From IMG/VR virus record IMGVR_UViG_3300044837_000188: a DNA stretch of 64,000 nt; one strand, written 5' to 3'. The notes under the pieces were generated by a model that saw nothing but the letters and a program-made list of their open reading frames with translations, was not told the origin of the DNA and did not search any database. Below are positions 46,312 to 55,349 of this stretch, piece after piece; position 1 is the first letter of the stretch; the number at the start of each line of letters is the position of its first letter. This DNA is from an uncultured virus (IMG/VR IMGVR_UViG_3300044837_000188) (lineage: Duplodnaviria; Heunggongvirae; Uroviricota; Caudoviricetes). The translations under genes and the position numbers were made by a program.

Positions 46312-47016
46312 ATGGACCTGTACACCCTGACCAAGGACGACGGACAGAACCCGCTGTACGGCACGGACGACGGCGGCAATGTCACCTCCACCGTGGAGGA
46401 GCTGGCGCTCGGCCTCGGCTGGGAGCGCAAGGCCGACATCGGCGAGGGGACCGGCATCGGCAAGGCGAAGGGGTGGCTGGCCCGCAAGCAGCGGGAGGCC
46501 AAGGGCCAGACCGACCCGGCCGACCTGGACGCCGGAGCGCTCTTCTTCGTCGGCGACAAGCCCACCAAGTACCTGGGCTTCGACAACTTCGAGCCCTTCA
46601 AGGATGAGCCCACCACGCTGGAGAAGCAGTCCGCGACCCACTCCGGCGACTCGGTGCGCGGTGAGGGCGACGGAGACGACGAGAAGATCATCCTGAAGCT
46701 GCACAACATTCCCCAGCGCTTCACGAAGGTCCTGCTGGTCGTTGGTGCCTTCAAGCCCGGTTCGGACATCAAGGCGGCCCACGACATCAAGGCCACCGTC
46801 TACGACCGTACCGGCGGCAACGAGTCGGCCATGGCCCAGATTGAACCCTCCCTCCTGGAGGACAAGGACATCCTGGCCATCGCGTCCGTCATCCGCGAGA
46901 AGGACACCCAGGGGCGTCCGACGGGTCTGTGGCTGCTGGAGGTCGCCGACGCGTCCTTCAACATCCAGAAGGGCGACATCCGCTCCCTTCTCCGCAACTC
47001 CCTCACGGTCTTCTAG
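46312..47016 (+). CDS. TerD-family protein
   Basis: LGLGW, DLDAGALF, HSGDS..GEGDGDDE.I.L.L..IP. Confidence 0.8.
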   Translation: MDLYTLTKDDGQNPLYGTDDGGNVTSTVEELALGLGWERKADIGEGTGIGKAKGWLARKQREAKGQTDPADLDAGALFFVGDKPTKYLGFDNFEPFKDEPTTLEKQSATHSGDSVRGEGDGDDEKIILKLHNIPQRFTKVLLVVGAFKPGSDIKAAHDIKATVYDRTGGNESAMAQIEPSLLEDKDILAIASVIREKDTQGRPTGLWLLEVADASFNIQKGDIRSLLRNSLTVF

Positions 47017-47083
47017 GACCGCCGCAGTACCGCCGGGGTCCGAGAAGGCCCCGGCTCCCGCCAGAGACCATCAGGAGGGCCGT

Positions 47084-47806
47084 ATGGCCAACAAGATCAG
47101 GATCACCGGAAAGACCAGTGCGTCTGCGGTGTCCAAACAGCTCCGCCGACTCGGGTACAGCCCGTACGGCGCTCACGAGACGCGTCACGGCGGCTACATC
47201 GTCAAGGACTGGCCCTTCGAGGTCGACACCCAGTTCGGCAGGGTCGTCCAGGTCTACTACGACGGAGTCCACCGAGAGCTGAAGGCGCCCGCGAGCCGCA
47301 ACGAGCGGGAGCGCGAGAAGGCACGCCTGGAGCGCATGAAGGACATCATCGAGGACCTGCGGACCGTCGGGTACTTCGTGGTGTGGGGCTGGGACCGCGT
47401 ATCCGGCAAGGTCGACAACTCCTTCCTGGCCGTCTCCGGGGCGCCCGCGCGTCCGACGGACGTTCCCAAGGGGGAGGAGGTGGTCGTGCCCCAGGAGCCC
47501 GCTCCGGAGCCCACGAAGGACCCTCAGCCCGAGCCCGTGGTCCAGGATGCCCCTCCGACGACCGTTCCGGCGGAGTCGGTGTTCCCCAAGGGCGCGTTCC
47601 CCCTCGTGCCCCTGGTGACGCCGGAGGACGCCGAGGACGGAGTGAGGACGATCCAGGAGACGGCCAGGACGAACCCCGAGGCCGCTCGCAGGATGGAGGC
47701 CCACCTGTACTACCTGGCGCTCGTCGCCGTGGTCAGCGGATCCGAGGACGCGGTGGACGTGGCCGCGACCGTCCTCCAGACCCAGGCCATCCTGCTTCCC
47801 CGCTGA
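47084..47806 (+). CDS. Hypothetical protein
   Basis: AGGAGG RBS; Pro-rich linker. Confidence 0.65.
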   Translation: MANKIRITGKTSASAVSKQLRRLGYSPYGAHETRHGGYIVKDWPFEVDTQFGRVVQVYYDGVHRELKAPASRNEREREKARLERMKDIIEDLRTVGYFVVWGWDRVSGKVDNSFLAVSGAPARPTDVPKGEEVVVPQEPAPEPTKDPQPEPVVQDAPPTTVPAESVFPKGAFPLVPLVTPEDAEDGVRTIQETARTNPEAARRMEAHLYYLALVAVVSGSEDAVDVAATVLQTQAILLPR

Positions 47807-47887
47807 CGGCCCCTCTGCGGGCGCCTGGGACCCCGCCCCAGGCGCCCCCTGTCCGGCCGTCGGACCCGAGACTCCCCAGGAGGAGAC

Positions 47888-48289
47888 ATGGCCAAGACCT
47901 TCGAGTCGTACGAGCGACTGCGCGACGAGAACGCGGCGACCCACCGGAAACTGGACGACCGTATCGAGGGCGCGGTGGAGCTGACCGAGCTGCTCCAGGA
48001 CGTCCGGCGCCGGGTACAGGCCTTCGTGGACGCGTACGAGGAGCTGAACGAGGACTACCTCAAGAGCGCTCAGGCGCTCCGTGACCGTCCGGAGAAGACG
48101 GATCGCCAGGAGATCATGGCGGCCAACATCGAGCGGGACTATCAGGAGATCTACACCCAGAGGCATCCTGGCGTGGCGGACGTCACGGCCATCGCCCTGG
48201 ACGACCTGAAGATCCTCCTGGACAAGTTCCCCCCAGCAGGTCTTCTGACCTCCCCTGTCCCATCCCGCCAGCACTTGGAGCACCGATGA
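47888..48289 (+). CDS. Hypothetical coiled-coil protein
   Basis: GACTCCCCAGGAGG leader. Confidence 0.7.
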   Translation: MAKTFESYERLRDENAATHRKLDDRIEGAVELTELLQDVRRRVQAFVDAYEELNEDYLKSAQALRDRPEKTDRQEIMAANIERDYQEIYTQRHPGVADVTAIALDDLKILLDKFPPAGLLTSPVPSRQHLEHR

Positions 48290-48762
48290 ACTACACCGGC
48301 GAACTCACGATCGAGCCGCCCCTCAACGACGCCGAGAAGAAGGCTCTCGGGATCTTCTTCGAGGTGCGTCACCCCAGGACCGTCAACGGCCCTCTGGACA
48401 TCCGCAAGAGCCTCACCGCGAACCACCCCGACGTCACCGGCTGGAACACCCCGGCGCAGGACATGCCGGGCCTCCACTGCGACCTGGAGGTGTCCGACAC
48501 TGGCACCCTCAAGTGGAACGGCCATGACGACGCCGGAGACCTGACGCCTTGGGTGAAGTACGTCGTCGACTACTTCCTGCGGCCCAGCGGGGTCTTCTCG
48601 GAGAAGGCGAAGCTCGTCGCCGAGGACGATCTCCTGTACAGCTTCACCTTCGACCACACGGTCAACGGTGTGATCCAGGGAGTGGACGGCCCCGAGATCT
48701 GGCGGATCCACGTCAAGGCCAACGAGGTCGTCCGCGAGGTCATGAAGACCGAGGGATCCTGA
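48286..48762 (+). CDS. Hypothetical protein
   Basis: ATGA overlap; YTGELTIEPPL resembles the 50593 protein. Confidence 0.7.
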   Translation: MNYTGELTIEPPLNDAEKKALGIFFEVRHPRTVNGPLDIRKSLTANHPDVTGWNTPAQDMPGLHCDLEVSDTGTLKWNGHDDAGDLTPWVKYVVDYFLRPSGVFSEKAKLVAEDDLLYSFTFDHTVNGVIQGVDGPEIWRIHVKANEVVREVMKTEGS

Positions 48763-49163
48763 TGGGCACGGCGCTGGAGAGCCGCCCCCGAGAGGGGGAG
48801 ACCTGGATGGAGTTCCAGTCCCGTATGCGCCTGGAGGCCATCGAGGCCCGCAAGAGGCGTACGCAGAGGGAGCTGTTCCGGCTCGCCCTGGTGGGGCTGA
48901 ACCTGGGGCGCTACGTCTTCGGCGTGGAGCACGGGATGGCCGACGAGGGTGGTCCCTGGAGGGTCCACGCGTACGTGGCCTGCAAGGAGTGCTACCAGAA
49001 CCGCGCCGGGCTCGTGGATCCCCGCACCCTGGTGGCCAACTCCGCGATCCGTGAGGAGCTGGACCCCTCCAACGAGACCCTGTCCGTGGGCGCCAACATG
49101 AGCAACGTCATCGCCTCGATGATGGACCACGAGCAGAGGTTCCACGGAGGTCGTCCCCGCTAG
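48762..49163 (+). CDS. Hypothetical protein
   Basis: TGATG overlap; CKEC..H. Confidence 0.6.
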   Translation: MGTALESRPREGETWMEFQSRMRLEAIEARKRRTQRELFRLALVGLNLGRYVFGVEHGMADEGGPWRVHAYVACKECYQNRAGLVDPRTLVANSAIREELDPSNETLSVGANMSNVIASMMDHEQRFHGGRPR

Positions 49164-49166
49164 GGG

Positions 49167-49251
49167 GTATCGCTACAAGGATTCCTGGGGTAGCCTTGAC
49201 GGTGTCAGGTCGTTACCCCAGGAGGTCCGCCTCAGAAGACTCCTCAGGAGG
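49167..49251 (+). promoter_or_regulatory. Promoter cassette (weak -35)
   Basis: ACAAGGATTCCTGG, TAGCCT, TTGACGGTGTCAG, GACTCCTCAGGAGG. Confidence 0.6.
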
Positions 49252-49255
49252 GCAT

Positions 49256-49747
49256 ATGAAGATCTACGTGTTCATGGTCGAGGGACAGCCCCGCATCCGT
49301 ACGGACTGGCGACAGGCGCAGGGGGCGCTGGAGGACCACCTCCGCGACCAGCGGGACGTCTCCGACGTCCACTGGGCCGACGAGGGCGACGAGCGCTGGA
49401 GGGCCACCGTGTACCTCTACGGGTGCTCGCACTCGGACATCTCCGCCAACCCCGAGGACGACCCGTACCAGGGTATGAACTTCGAGACCACGGACCAGCT
49501 CATCTGGGAGTTCGACATCGGTGGGGTCACGGAGATGCCCGTCCCCCAGGACGGTCTGATCGAGGGCATGGGCGCCCTGCTGGAGCTTCGGATCACCACG
49601 GAGACGGGCGTCGAGTCCGTCACCCGTGCCGTCCCGAAGCCCGAATGGGAGGGTCCGCACTGGATGAGGGGTCACGCCCTGTGGCGTTTCGCTTCGGAGA
49701 CCGCACTGAACCTGGGCATCCGCTGGTCGCAGGGCGGCAGCAAGTGA
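49256..49747 (+). CDS. Hypothetical protein
   Basis: RBS motif plus ATG. Confidence 0.65.
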   Translation: MKIYVFMVEGQPRIRTDWRQAQGALEDHLRDQRDVSDVHWADEGDERWRATVYLYGCSHSDISANPEDDPYQGMNFETTDQLIWEFDIGGVTEMPVPQDGLIEGMGALLELRITTETGVESVTRAVPKPEWEGPHWMRGHALWRFASETALNLGIRWSQGGSK

Positions 49748-50106
49748 ACGGCGCCGAACTGCGCGAGGCGCTCAAGGCCAAAGGGATCACCAACGGCCGA
49801 CGGCTCGCCGAGCACCTGGGCTCCCCGGTCGTGATCTTCTTCGTCACCAGTCAGAAGAACAACTTCGTGCGGGCCGAGCTGCTGTACGACCAGTACGGCG
49901 AGTCGAAGTCCCTGGTGCGCTCTCCCGGCGCCGGAACGAGCGGCCTGAGCCAGAAGCGTGCCAGCGCCGTGGAGCGGGCCCGTGTGGCCGCTGAGGGGCT
50001 GTGCAAGTACAGCCGGGACGACTGGAGCCGGGCTCCGTTTTCGAACTGCTGGTTGCCCACCGAGATGATCTCGAAGCTTCACGAGGAGTTCGACGAGAGG
50101 GCTTGA
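49744..50106 (+). CDS. Hypothetical protein
   Basis: GTGA overlap. Confidence 0.6.
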   Translation: MNGAELREALKAKGITNGRRLAEHLGSPVVIFFVTSQKNNFVRAELLYDQYGESKSLVRSPGAGTSGLSQKRASAVERARVAAEGLCKYSRDDWSRAPFSNCWLPTEMISKLHEEFDERA

Positions 50107-50177
50107 CGCCCCAGGAATCCTTGTAGTAGTCTTCACTTTGTCAGGGGGAAGCACCTCGGCACCGACTCCTCAGGAGG
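50103..50177 (+). promoter_or_regulatory. Promoter cassette
   Basis: TTGACG-N18-TAGTCT with CCAGGAATCCTTGT; GACTCCTCAGGAGG. Confidence 0.75.
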
Positions 50178-50182
50178 CCCAC

Positions 50183-50560
50183 ATGAAGAACTTCGCCCAC
50201 TCGGACGCCGACCGCCTCGACTTCGTCAAGGAGATGCTGGCGGAAGCCGCCGGGAACACGAAGGCTTCTCGGGCCCAGCTCCTCGCGATCGAGGACCTCC
50301 GCTCCTGGTACGCCAACGGCGAGCAGGGGCCGGAGCCGGAGATCGACGACATCGAGGGCCTCTCCTGGGAGATGGCCTGCCGGATCTCCTCCGACCTGTG
50401 CCACATCTTCCGCGCCGAGCGCCCCGAGGGCGTCTACGGCTCGGAGTACGAGCGGACCTTCATCAAGGCCCGTCGGCAGCAGAAGGCCAAGACCGCCCGC
50501 CGTCAGGCGGTGCGCAACGCCACGGGCCTGGACCAGCTCCGGGCTGCTCTCACCATCTGA
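50183..50560 (+). CDS. Hypothetical protein
   Basis: RBS motif plus ATG. Confidence 0.7.
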   Translation: MKNFAHSDADRLDFVKEMLAEAAGNTKASRAQLLAIEDLRSWYANGEQGPEPEIDDIEGLSWEMACRISSDLCHIFRAERPEGVYGSEYERTFIKARRQQKAKTARRQAVRNATGLDQLRAALTI

Positions 50561-50592
50561 TCTTCTCCACCCCGACTCCTCAGGAGGTGCCC

Positions 50593-51075
50593 GTGGGCAC
50601 GAGCTACAGCATGCAGGGCGCGATCAGCATCACGCCGCTCCTCTCCTTCGCCGAGATCAAGAAGGCGCAGAGGGTCGCGATGAACCTCCTCCGCAATCAC
50701 GACAACCAGCGGGCGACGGAGGCCACGGTCTTCGAGAACTACATGCCGCTCAAGGTCATGACGGACGAGTTCGACAAGGAGACCGAGGACGGCACGCTCC
50801 ACGTCGTCCGGGGTATCGCCCTTGTCCCGCCGTACTCCCAGGGGTCCATGTCGTACAACATGGACGACCTCGTCCAGGCCCTCCAGGAGGCCCTGCCGGG
50901 CCACAACTGGGACGGGGAGGTCACCGCCGTCCGGGAGGACGTCACGATGGCGTACAAGCTCGTCTGCAAGACCGAGGACGGTTCCGACAAGTCCACGATC
51001 AGGCAGATCGAGGGCAAGACCTACGTCCGGTGGGAGGACGGCTCCCAGGACGAGCAGATCGTCGACCTCGCCTAG
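50593..51075 (+). CDS. Hypothetical protein
   Basis: GACTCCTCAGGAGG at 50574, GTG start. Confidence 0.7.
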   Translation: MGTSYSMQGAISITPLLSFAEIKKAQRVAMNLLRNHDNQRATEATVFENYMPLKVMTDEFDKETEDGTLHVVRGIALVPPYSQGSMSYNMDDLVQALQEALPGHNWDGEVTAVREDVTMAYKLVCKTEDGSDKSTIRQIEGKTYVRWEDGSQDEQIVDLA

Positions 51076-51134
51076 TTGAGCAACCAAGGATCCTTCGAGT
51101 AGGGTGTACCCTCATCCGCCCTAAGGATCCTTGG
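51076..51134 (+). promoter_or_regulatory. Promoter with two operator copies
   Basis: TTGAGC-N18-TAGGGT with CCAAGGATCCTTCG; second copy CTAAGGATCCTTGG at 51121-51134. Confidence 0.65.
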
Positions 51135-51390
51135 AGCCCAGCTTGGAAGAGTGGACAACCGCCGCCGAGTTCGAATCCGTGGTCACCAAGGCCATGGGGG
51201 ATCGGTGGGTCACGACCCAGGACAGCGTCACGTCGATGTCCTCCGGGTCTCGTCTCACCGACATGGTCATCCACACCACAGCGTCAGTGCCTCCGGGCAA
51301 GATGTATGTGGACCGGACGTCCAACCAGATCTTCGTCGGCACAGACACCGCCAGCCAGATCCGATTCACAGCGGGCATTACGCCCGAGAA
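51112..51390 (+). ncRNA. Candidate structured sRNA or long 5' leader
   Basis: Nested helices 51190-51196/51262-51268, 51202-51209/51254-51261, 51219-51224/51237-51242; the outer two contain G-U pairs. Confidence 0.4.
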
Positions 51391-51403
51391 GCAGGAGAAG
51401 CCC

Positions 51404-51874
51404 ATGAGCACGAACAACAAGACGTTCGAGGTCACCTACGAGGACGGCAAGGTCGAGCTGATCCCGGCGCAGGCCTCCAATGAGGTGGAGGGCCGTCTGG
51501 TCTTCACCGGCTACGTCGAGGGTGTCGACGAGAGCTACGGCAACACCGTGATCAAGTCGGTCAAGGCCGACGACGTCAAGACCTACCGCGTCGTCCCGAA
51601 GCCCGAGGCCGACCAGAAGCTCGTCGGCAAGAGCACCTACCGCGTCAACCTGACCGACGGCACCTTCAAGGACGTCAAGGCGGACCAGGTCCTCTTCCAG
51701 GCGGGCGGGAACGACCGTCCGGGCCGTTACTCCCTGGTGACCGGCGTGCGCGGTGCGGACTCCCGCTCCGAGTACATCGTCTCGGAGGACAAGGTCAGCT
51801 CCGTGGAGCGCGTCGAGAACGACGGTGCCTCGACCACCCTGCCGAAGCCCTCCGACGTCGCCGACAACGTCTGA
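51404..51874 (+). CDS. Hypothetical protein with two-fold internal repeat
   Basis: AGGAG RBS; TFEVTYEDG..IPA / TYRVNLTDG..VKA. Confidence 0.7.
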   Translation: MSTNNKTFEVTYEDGKVELIPAQASNEVEGRLVFTGYVEGVDESYGNTVIKSVKADDVKTYRVVPKPEADQKLVGKSTYRVNLTDGTFKDVKADQVLFQAGGNDRPGRYSLVTGVRGADSRSEYIVSEDKVSSVERVENDGASTTLPKPSDVADNV

Positions 51875-51945
51875 TCGACCGACTGCCGTACAGGGCCGGG
51901 TCTTCCTCTAGAGGATCCGGCCCTGTGCCATATCCGGAGGTCCTG

Positions 51946-52179
51946 ATGGACAGTTACGACCGTCTGGAGACCACGACCGTCACCGTGGCCTACTCGATGG
52001 ACAACGGAGCCCCCTGGGCCGAGCTGTGCAAGTTGTTCAACCTGGCCCGCAACGAGCTGATGGAGGGCAAGAAGCCCGGTGCCGACCTCTACGACAACGA
52101 GATTCGCGTCTTCGGCGACGGGGAGAGGATCAATCTGCTTTTTAAAAAGCGAGAGGAGACGTCCCGTGACAAGTCGTAG
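51946..52179 (+). CDS. Hypothetical protein
   Basis: GGAGG RBS plus ATG. Confidence 0.6.
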   Translation: MDSYDRLETTTVTVAYSMDNGAPWAELCKLFNLARNELMEGKKPGADLYDNEIRVFGDGERINLLFKKREETSRDKS

Positions 52180-52525
52180 GTTTGGGCCGATCACCGAGGA
52201 TTACTGGGGCTGTAGGCGATCCTGCTGGGACGCCGGAGGCCACACGGAGAAGGACGGGTGCGCGAAATACGTGCCGCCCTGCCTCCACCCCCTGGAGTCC
52301 ATCGGGTACGACTCGGAGGGCGAGGGACGGGCAGTCGAGTGCCAGGACTGCCGGGCGCCCCTGAGCGTCCAGAAGCTGGCCGAGGAGGCCCGTGTGGGCC
52401 TGTCGATCGGTGGCTGCCTCTGCGCGGGCGCCTGCGTGCTGTGGTGCCCTCCTGCTGTCCCGACGGCCTGGTCCCTGGACCCGGCGAAGGTGCTGAGGAT
52501 CCTGGAGCTGGAGAGCCACCTGTGA
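52166..52525 (+). CDS. Cys-rich hypothetical protein
   Basis: GAGGAG RBS plus GTG. Confidence 0.55.
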   Translation: MTSRRFGPITEDYWGCRRSCWDAGGHTEKDGCAKYVPPCLHPLESIGYDSEGEGRAVECQDCRAPLSVQKLAEEARVGLSIGGCLCAGACVLWCPPAVPTAWSLDPAKVLRILELESHL

Positions 52526-52605
52526 GCCTCCGTGGGCTGATCGCGGCGATCCTGCTGTCCCTGGTCATCTGGGTTCCGATCGCAGCGCTCATACATTTCC
52601 TGTAG
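52522..52605 (+). CDS. 27-aa single-TM microprotein
   Basis: GGAG RBS, GTGA overlap, MSLRGLIAAILLSLVIWVPIAALIHFL. Confidence 0.5.
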   Translation: MSLRGLIAAILLSLVIWVPIAALIHFL

Positions 52606-52611
52606 CGGGGC

Positions 52612-52676
52612 TTGACGCCCCAACAATTCCTGGGGTATTCTTCTTCTTGTCAGCAGGAAACGGACTCCTCAGGAGG
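52612..52676 (+). promoter_or_regulatory. Promoter cassette
   Basis: TTGACG-N18-TATTCT with CCAACAATTCCTGG; GACTCCTCAGGAGG. Confidence 0.75.
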
Positions 52677-52681
52677 CGCTC

Positions 52682-53653
52682 ATGACCCAGAACCTCGCGA
52701 ACCTCACCCCGGTCGAGATCGACACCCTCCTCGCCCCCATCTGGGAGCGCGAGATGAAGATCCGGGCGACGATCTCGAACTACAAGCGCCGCGAGTCCGA
52801 GATCTTCACGACGATCGAGAAGATCAAGAAGGGCGTGAGGGTCTCCCAGGTCACCACCGCCCTGGACGGCATCGAGGTCATGGAGGACCTGGCTCGCCTC
52901 GGCCGCTTCATCGTCGCCGAGGGGAACAAGCTGGCCGCCGTTGAGGCCGAAGCCGCCCCCTACGAGGCCGAGTACACCCGCCGGGGCGGCTGGAACCGGG
53001 TCTTCCTGGCCACCAGCACCGGCGGTCACGCTCACAACGGCACCGAGTGCTCCACCTGCCACAACGGCGTCTACCGGACCGGCTTCTCCTGGCTGATCCA
53101 GTACTCCGGCAAGACGGAGGGCGAGATCGTGGCCGACGCCGGAGAGCGTGCCTGCACCGCCTGCTACCCCTCCGCCCCGGTCAACGCCAAGGGCACGAAG
53201 ATGTTCACGCCGGACGAGGAGGAGGCCGCCAAGGCCCGCCAGGCCCGAGAGGAGGCCAAGGCGGCCAAGGCCCGCGAGGCGGCCGACAAGAGCATCACCA
53301 CCCCCGAGGGCGAGACGCTCTACGCCGACGCGGACAACTCCTCCTACAACAAGATCAAGAACATTCGCACCGCCGAGATCGCCGCGACGGACGCCCTCCT
53401 TGACCTGATGACCATCCAGCACCAGGCCAAGGACCCCGAGTTCGAGTGGTACTTCCAGAACGGCCGCACCGAGGCCAAGCGCACCATGGAGGCCGCGCGT
53501 CACGCCTGGTGCCTGATCCGCTCGATCGCCGCCAAGAAGGGCCAGACCTTCGAGGAGACCTTCCGGGTCCACGAGAAGAAGGCCCAGGCGAAGTTCCGCA
53601 AGAACGCCCGCGAGTGGGCGAAGGCCCCGCAGAACCCGAACCGCACCAAGTAG
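52682..53653 (+). CDS. Hypothetical protein (H..C..CxxC metal-binding motif)
   Basis: GHAH..ECSTC..ACTACYPSAP; strong codon bias. Confidence 0.75.
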   Translation: MTQNLANLTPVEIDTLLAPIWEREMKIRATISNYKRRESEIFTTIEKIKKGVRVSQVTTALDGIEVMEDLARLGRFIVAEGNKLAAVEAEAAPYEAEYTRRGGWNRVFLATSTGGHAHNGTECSTCHNGVYRTGFSWLIQYSGKTEGEIVADAGERACTACYPSAPVNAKGTKMFTPDEEEAAKARQAREEAKAAKAREAADKSITTPEGETLYADADNSSYNKIKNIRTAEIAATDALLDLMTIQHQAKDPEFEWYFQNGRTEAKRTMEAARHAWCLIRSIAAKKGQTFEETFRVHEKKAQAKFRKNAREWAKAPQNPNRTK

Positions 53654-53707
53654 TCCCGATCACCGCAGGGGCCCGAGAGGGCCCCTGCCTCGTCCCTGGG
53701 AGGCCCC

Positions 53708-53947
53708 GTGGCGAAGAAGACTCCCCGCCCTGTCCCCGAGCTGTGCGAGAGCACCAAGGACCACTCCAAGCACCTCTGGAAGCCCTCCTGGGCCACCAAC
53801 TGGCCCGAGGGGGCCATGTACCACTGCCGGGGCCGCGACAACGCGGAGGTCCACGAGGGCTGGAAGGCCACCTGCCGGGCGATCAAGAGGGCCAACAAGA
53901 CCGGCCCCCGCAAGAAGGTCACCCGTCGGATGTCCTGGAAGGCTTGA
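53708..53947 (+). CDS. Hypothetical basic protein
   Basis: GGAGG RBS plus GTG. Confidence 0.6.
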   Translation: MAKKTPRPVPELCESTKDHSKHLWKPSWATNWPEGAMYHCRGRDNAEVHEGWKATCRAIKRANKTGPRKKVTRRMSWKA

Positions 53948-54004
53948 CGCCCCAGGAATTCCTGGAGTACCCTGACGGAGTCAAGACCATGACTCCTCAG
54001 GAGG
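53944..54004 (+). promoter_or_regulatory. Full promoter cassette
   Basis: TTGACG-N18-TACCCT with perfect CCAGGAATTCCTGG; TGACGGAGTCA; GACTCCTCAGGAGG. Confidence 0.75.
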
Positions 54005-54009
54005 CCACC

Positions 54010-54228
54010 ATGAGCTACCTCTCCTCGAACCCCACCACGATCGCCGTCGCCGCAGAGCTGACGGCCCGGAACTTCAGCACCGCCGGGGATTTCGAGGACG
54101 AGGCCGAGTGCGAGACCTGCGACTACGCGGGTCTGATGGAGTTCTACGAGAACGGCGTCGAGGAGGCCGTGGCGGAGTGCCCCAAGTGCGGTGACCGGGT
54201 CGAGAAGTACACCGGCCCGGATGCCTGA
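54010..54228 (+). CDS. Small zinc-ribbon protein
   Basis: CETC..CPKC. Confidence 0.65.
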   Translation: MSYLSSNPTTIAVAAELTARNFSTAGDFEDEAECETCDYAGLMEFYENGVEEAVAECPKCGDRVEKYTGPDA

Positions 54229-54256
54229 TTTTAAAAACCGACCCCTGGAGAGGCCT

Positions 54257-54643
54257 ATGACCGACTACCGCCGCGCATGGATCGATCTTGCCGAGAACAT
54301 CAGGACGTTCGGGACCTCGGAAGAGGACCTGAGGAAGATCCTGGTGGGGATCCTGAACCTGCCTCTCGACAAAGAGCTGGTGCACGCGGCTCTGGACACC
54401 GTGGCCGACGCCCTCCTGGATGTGGTGTATCAGCCCGGGAGTGCTCGGGAGAACTGGGCCCGCCGGATCGCTCTGATCCTGGAAGGTCTTCCCGACTTCG
54501 ACGTCCCCCGCTTCATGCACCACGCCACCTCGGACGACCCGGAGGGCAAGTGGTCGTTCCAGGTGGCCAACCCCGAGGGGGAGTGGTCCAGGGACCCTGA
54601 TAACCCCGAGGACTGCCTCAAGATCGATGTCGAGACCGAGTGA
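54257..54643 (+). CDS. Hypothetical protein
   Basis: GGAGAGG RBS plus ATG. Confidence 0.6.
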   Translation: MTDYRRAWIDLAENIRTFGTSEEDLRKILVGILNLPLDKELVHAALDTVADALLDVVYQPGSARENWARRIALILEGLPDFDVPRFMHHATSDDPEGKWSFQVANPEGEWSRDPDNPEDCLKIDVETE

Positions 54644-54713
54644 GCTTCCCCTCACGCTGTCAGGGCCCGTACTCTCACCGGTACGGGCCTTGTGCCGTTT
54701 CATGAGGAGGACC

Positions 54714-54935
54714 ATGCAGATCCAGAAGGCCGTCTGGCCGGAGCGCTCGTGCCGTGAGCCCGTGTGGGGCCGGTACATGTCGTACGCCTGTGAGCTGCCG
54801 GACCTCCACCGGGGTCCGTGCGTGTCCCTCTCCGTCCAGGACTCGGTACAGCGCCGGGAGGTCTGGGAAGACCAGGAGAACCCGCAGGAGGCCCCCAGCG
54901 GGCCTGAGACGCCCCAGGAGGCAACAGCACCATGA
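54714..54935 (+). CDS. Hypothetical protein
   Basis: GAGGAGG RBS; C..CELP..H.GPC. Confidence 0.55.
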   Translation: MQIQKAVWPERSCREPVWGRYMSYACELPDLHRGPCVSLSVQDSVQRREVWEDQENPQEAPSGPETPQEATAP

Positions 54936-55291
54936 CGACCACCGCAGACGGCTCCCAGGTGCCTACACAGGTCACCAGCGGCTACGTACAGGACACCTCG
55001 GAGGAGGTGCCGACCCAGCCGCACGGAGCGCCCATCTCCGACCCGGGTGAGGCGATCCGCAACCCGTTCGCCGGGGAAGTGAACAAGCTCAACAACTTCC
55101 TGATGACGGCGTTCCCCAACGAGATGAACCGATCGAACCTCACTACGCCGGAGACGCCGGTCGACGTGGCGATCCGGCTCCTCAAGGGGCTCAGCGTGGT
55201 CGGCGGGGGCACCCGGTGCCCCGTGGAGTACTGCAACCTGCCGGTCAACCACGACGGCGACCACGGCTTCATCTCCTACACGCCCCGGTAG
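54932..55291 (+). CDS. Hypothetical protein
   Basis: AGGAGG RBS; C..CNLP..HDGDH. Confidence 0.65.
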   Translation: MTTTADGSQVPTQVTSGYVQDTSEEVPTQPHGAPISDPGEAIRNPFAGEVNKLNNFLMTAFPNEMNRSNLTTPETPVDVAIRLLKGLSVVGGGTRCPVEYCNLPVNHDGDHGFISYTPR

Positions 55292-55349
55292 TCCAGGGGT
55301 ACTGTGCGAGCCCCCGGCGCCTGCTGGGGGCTTTCGCATTGGAGGAACC

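Noticed and set aside
51160..51188. tRNA gene suggested by GTTCGAATC...CACCA
   Set aside because: T-stem does not pair and the distance to CCA is too short for a canonical tRNA
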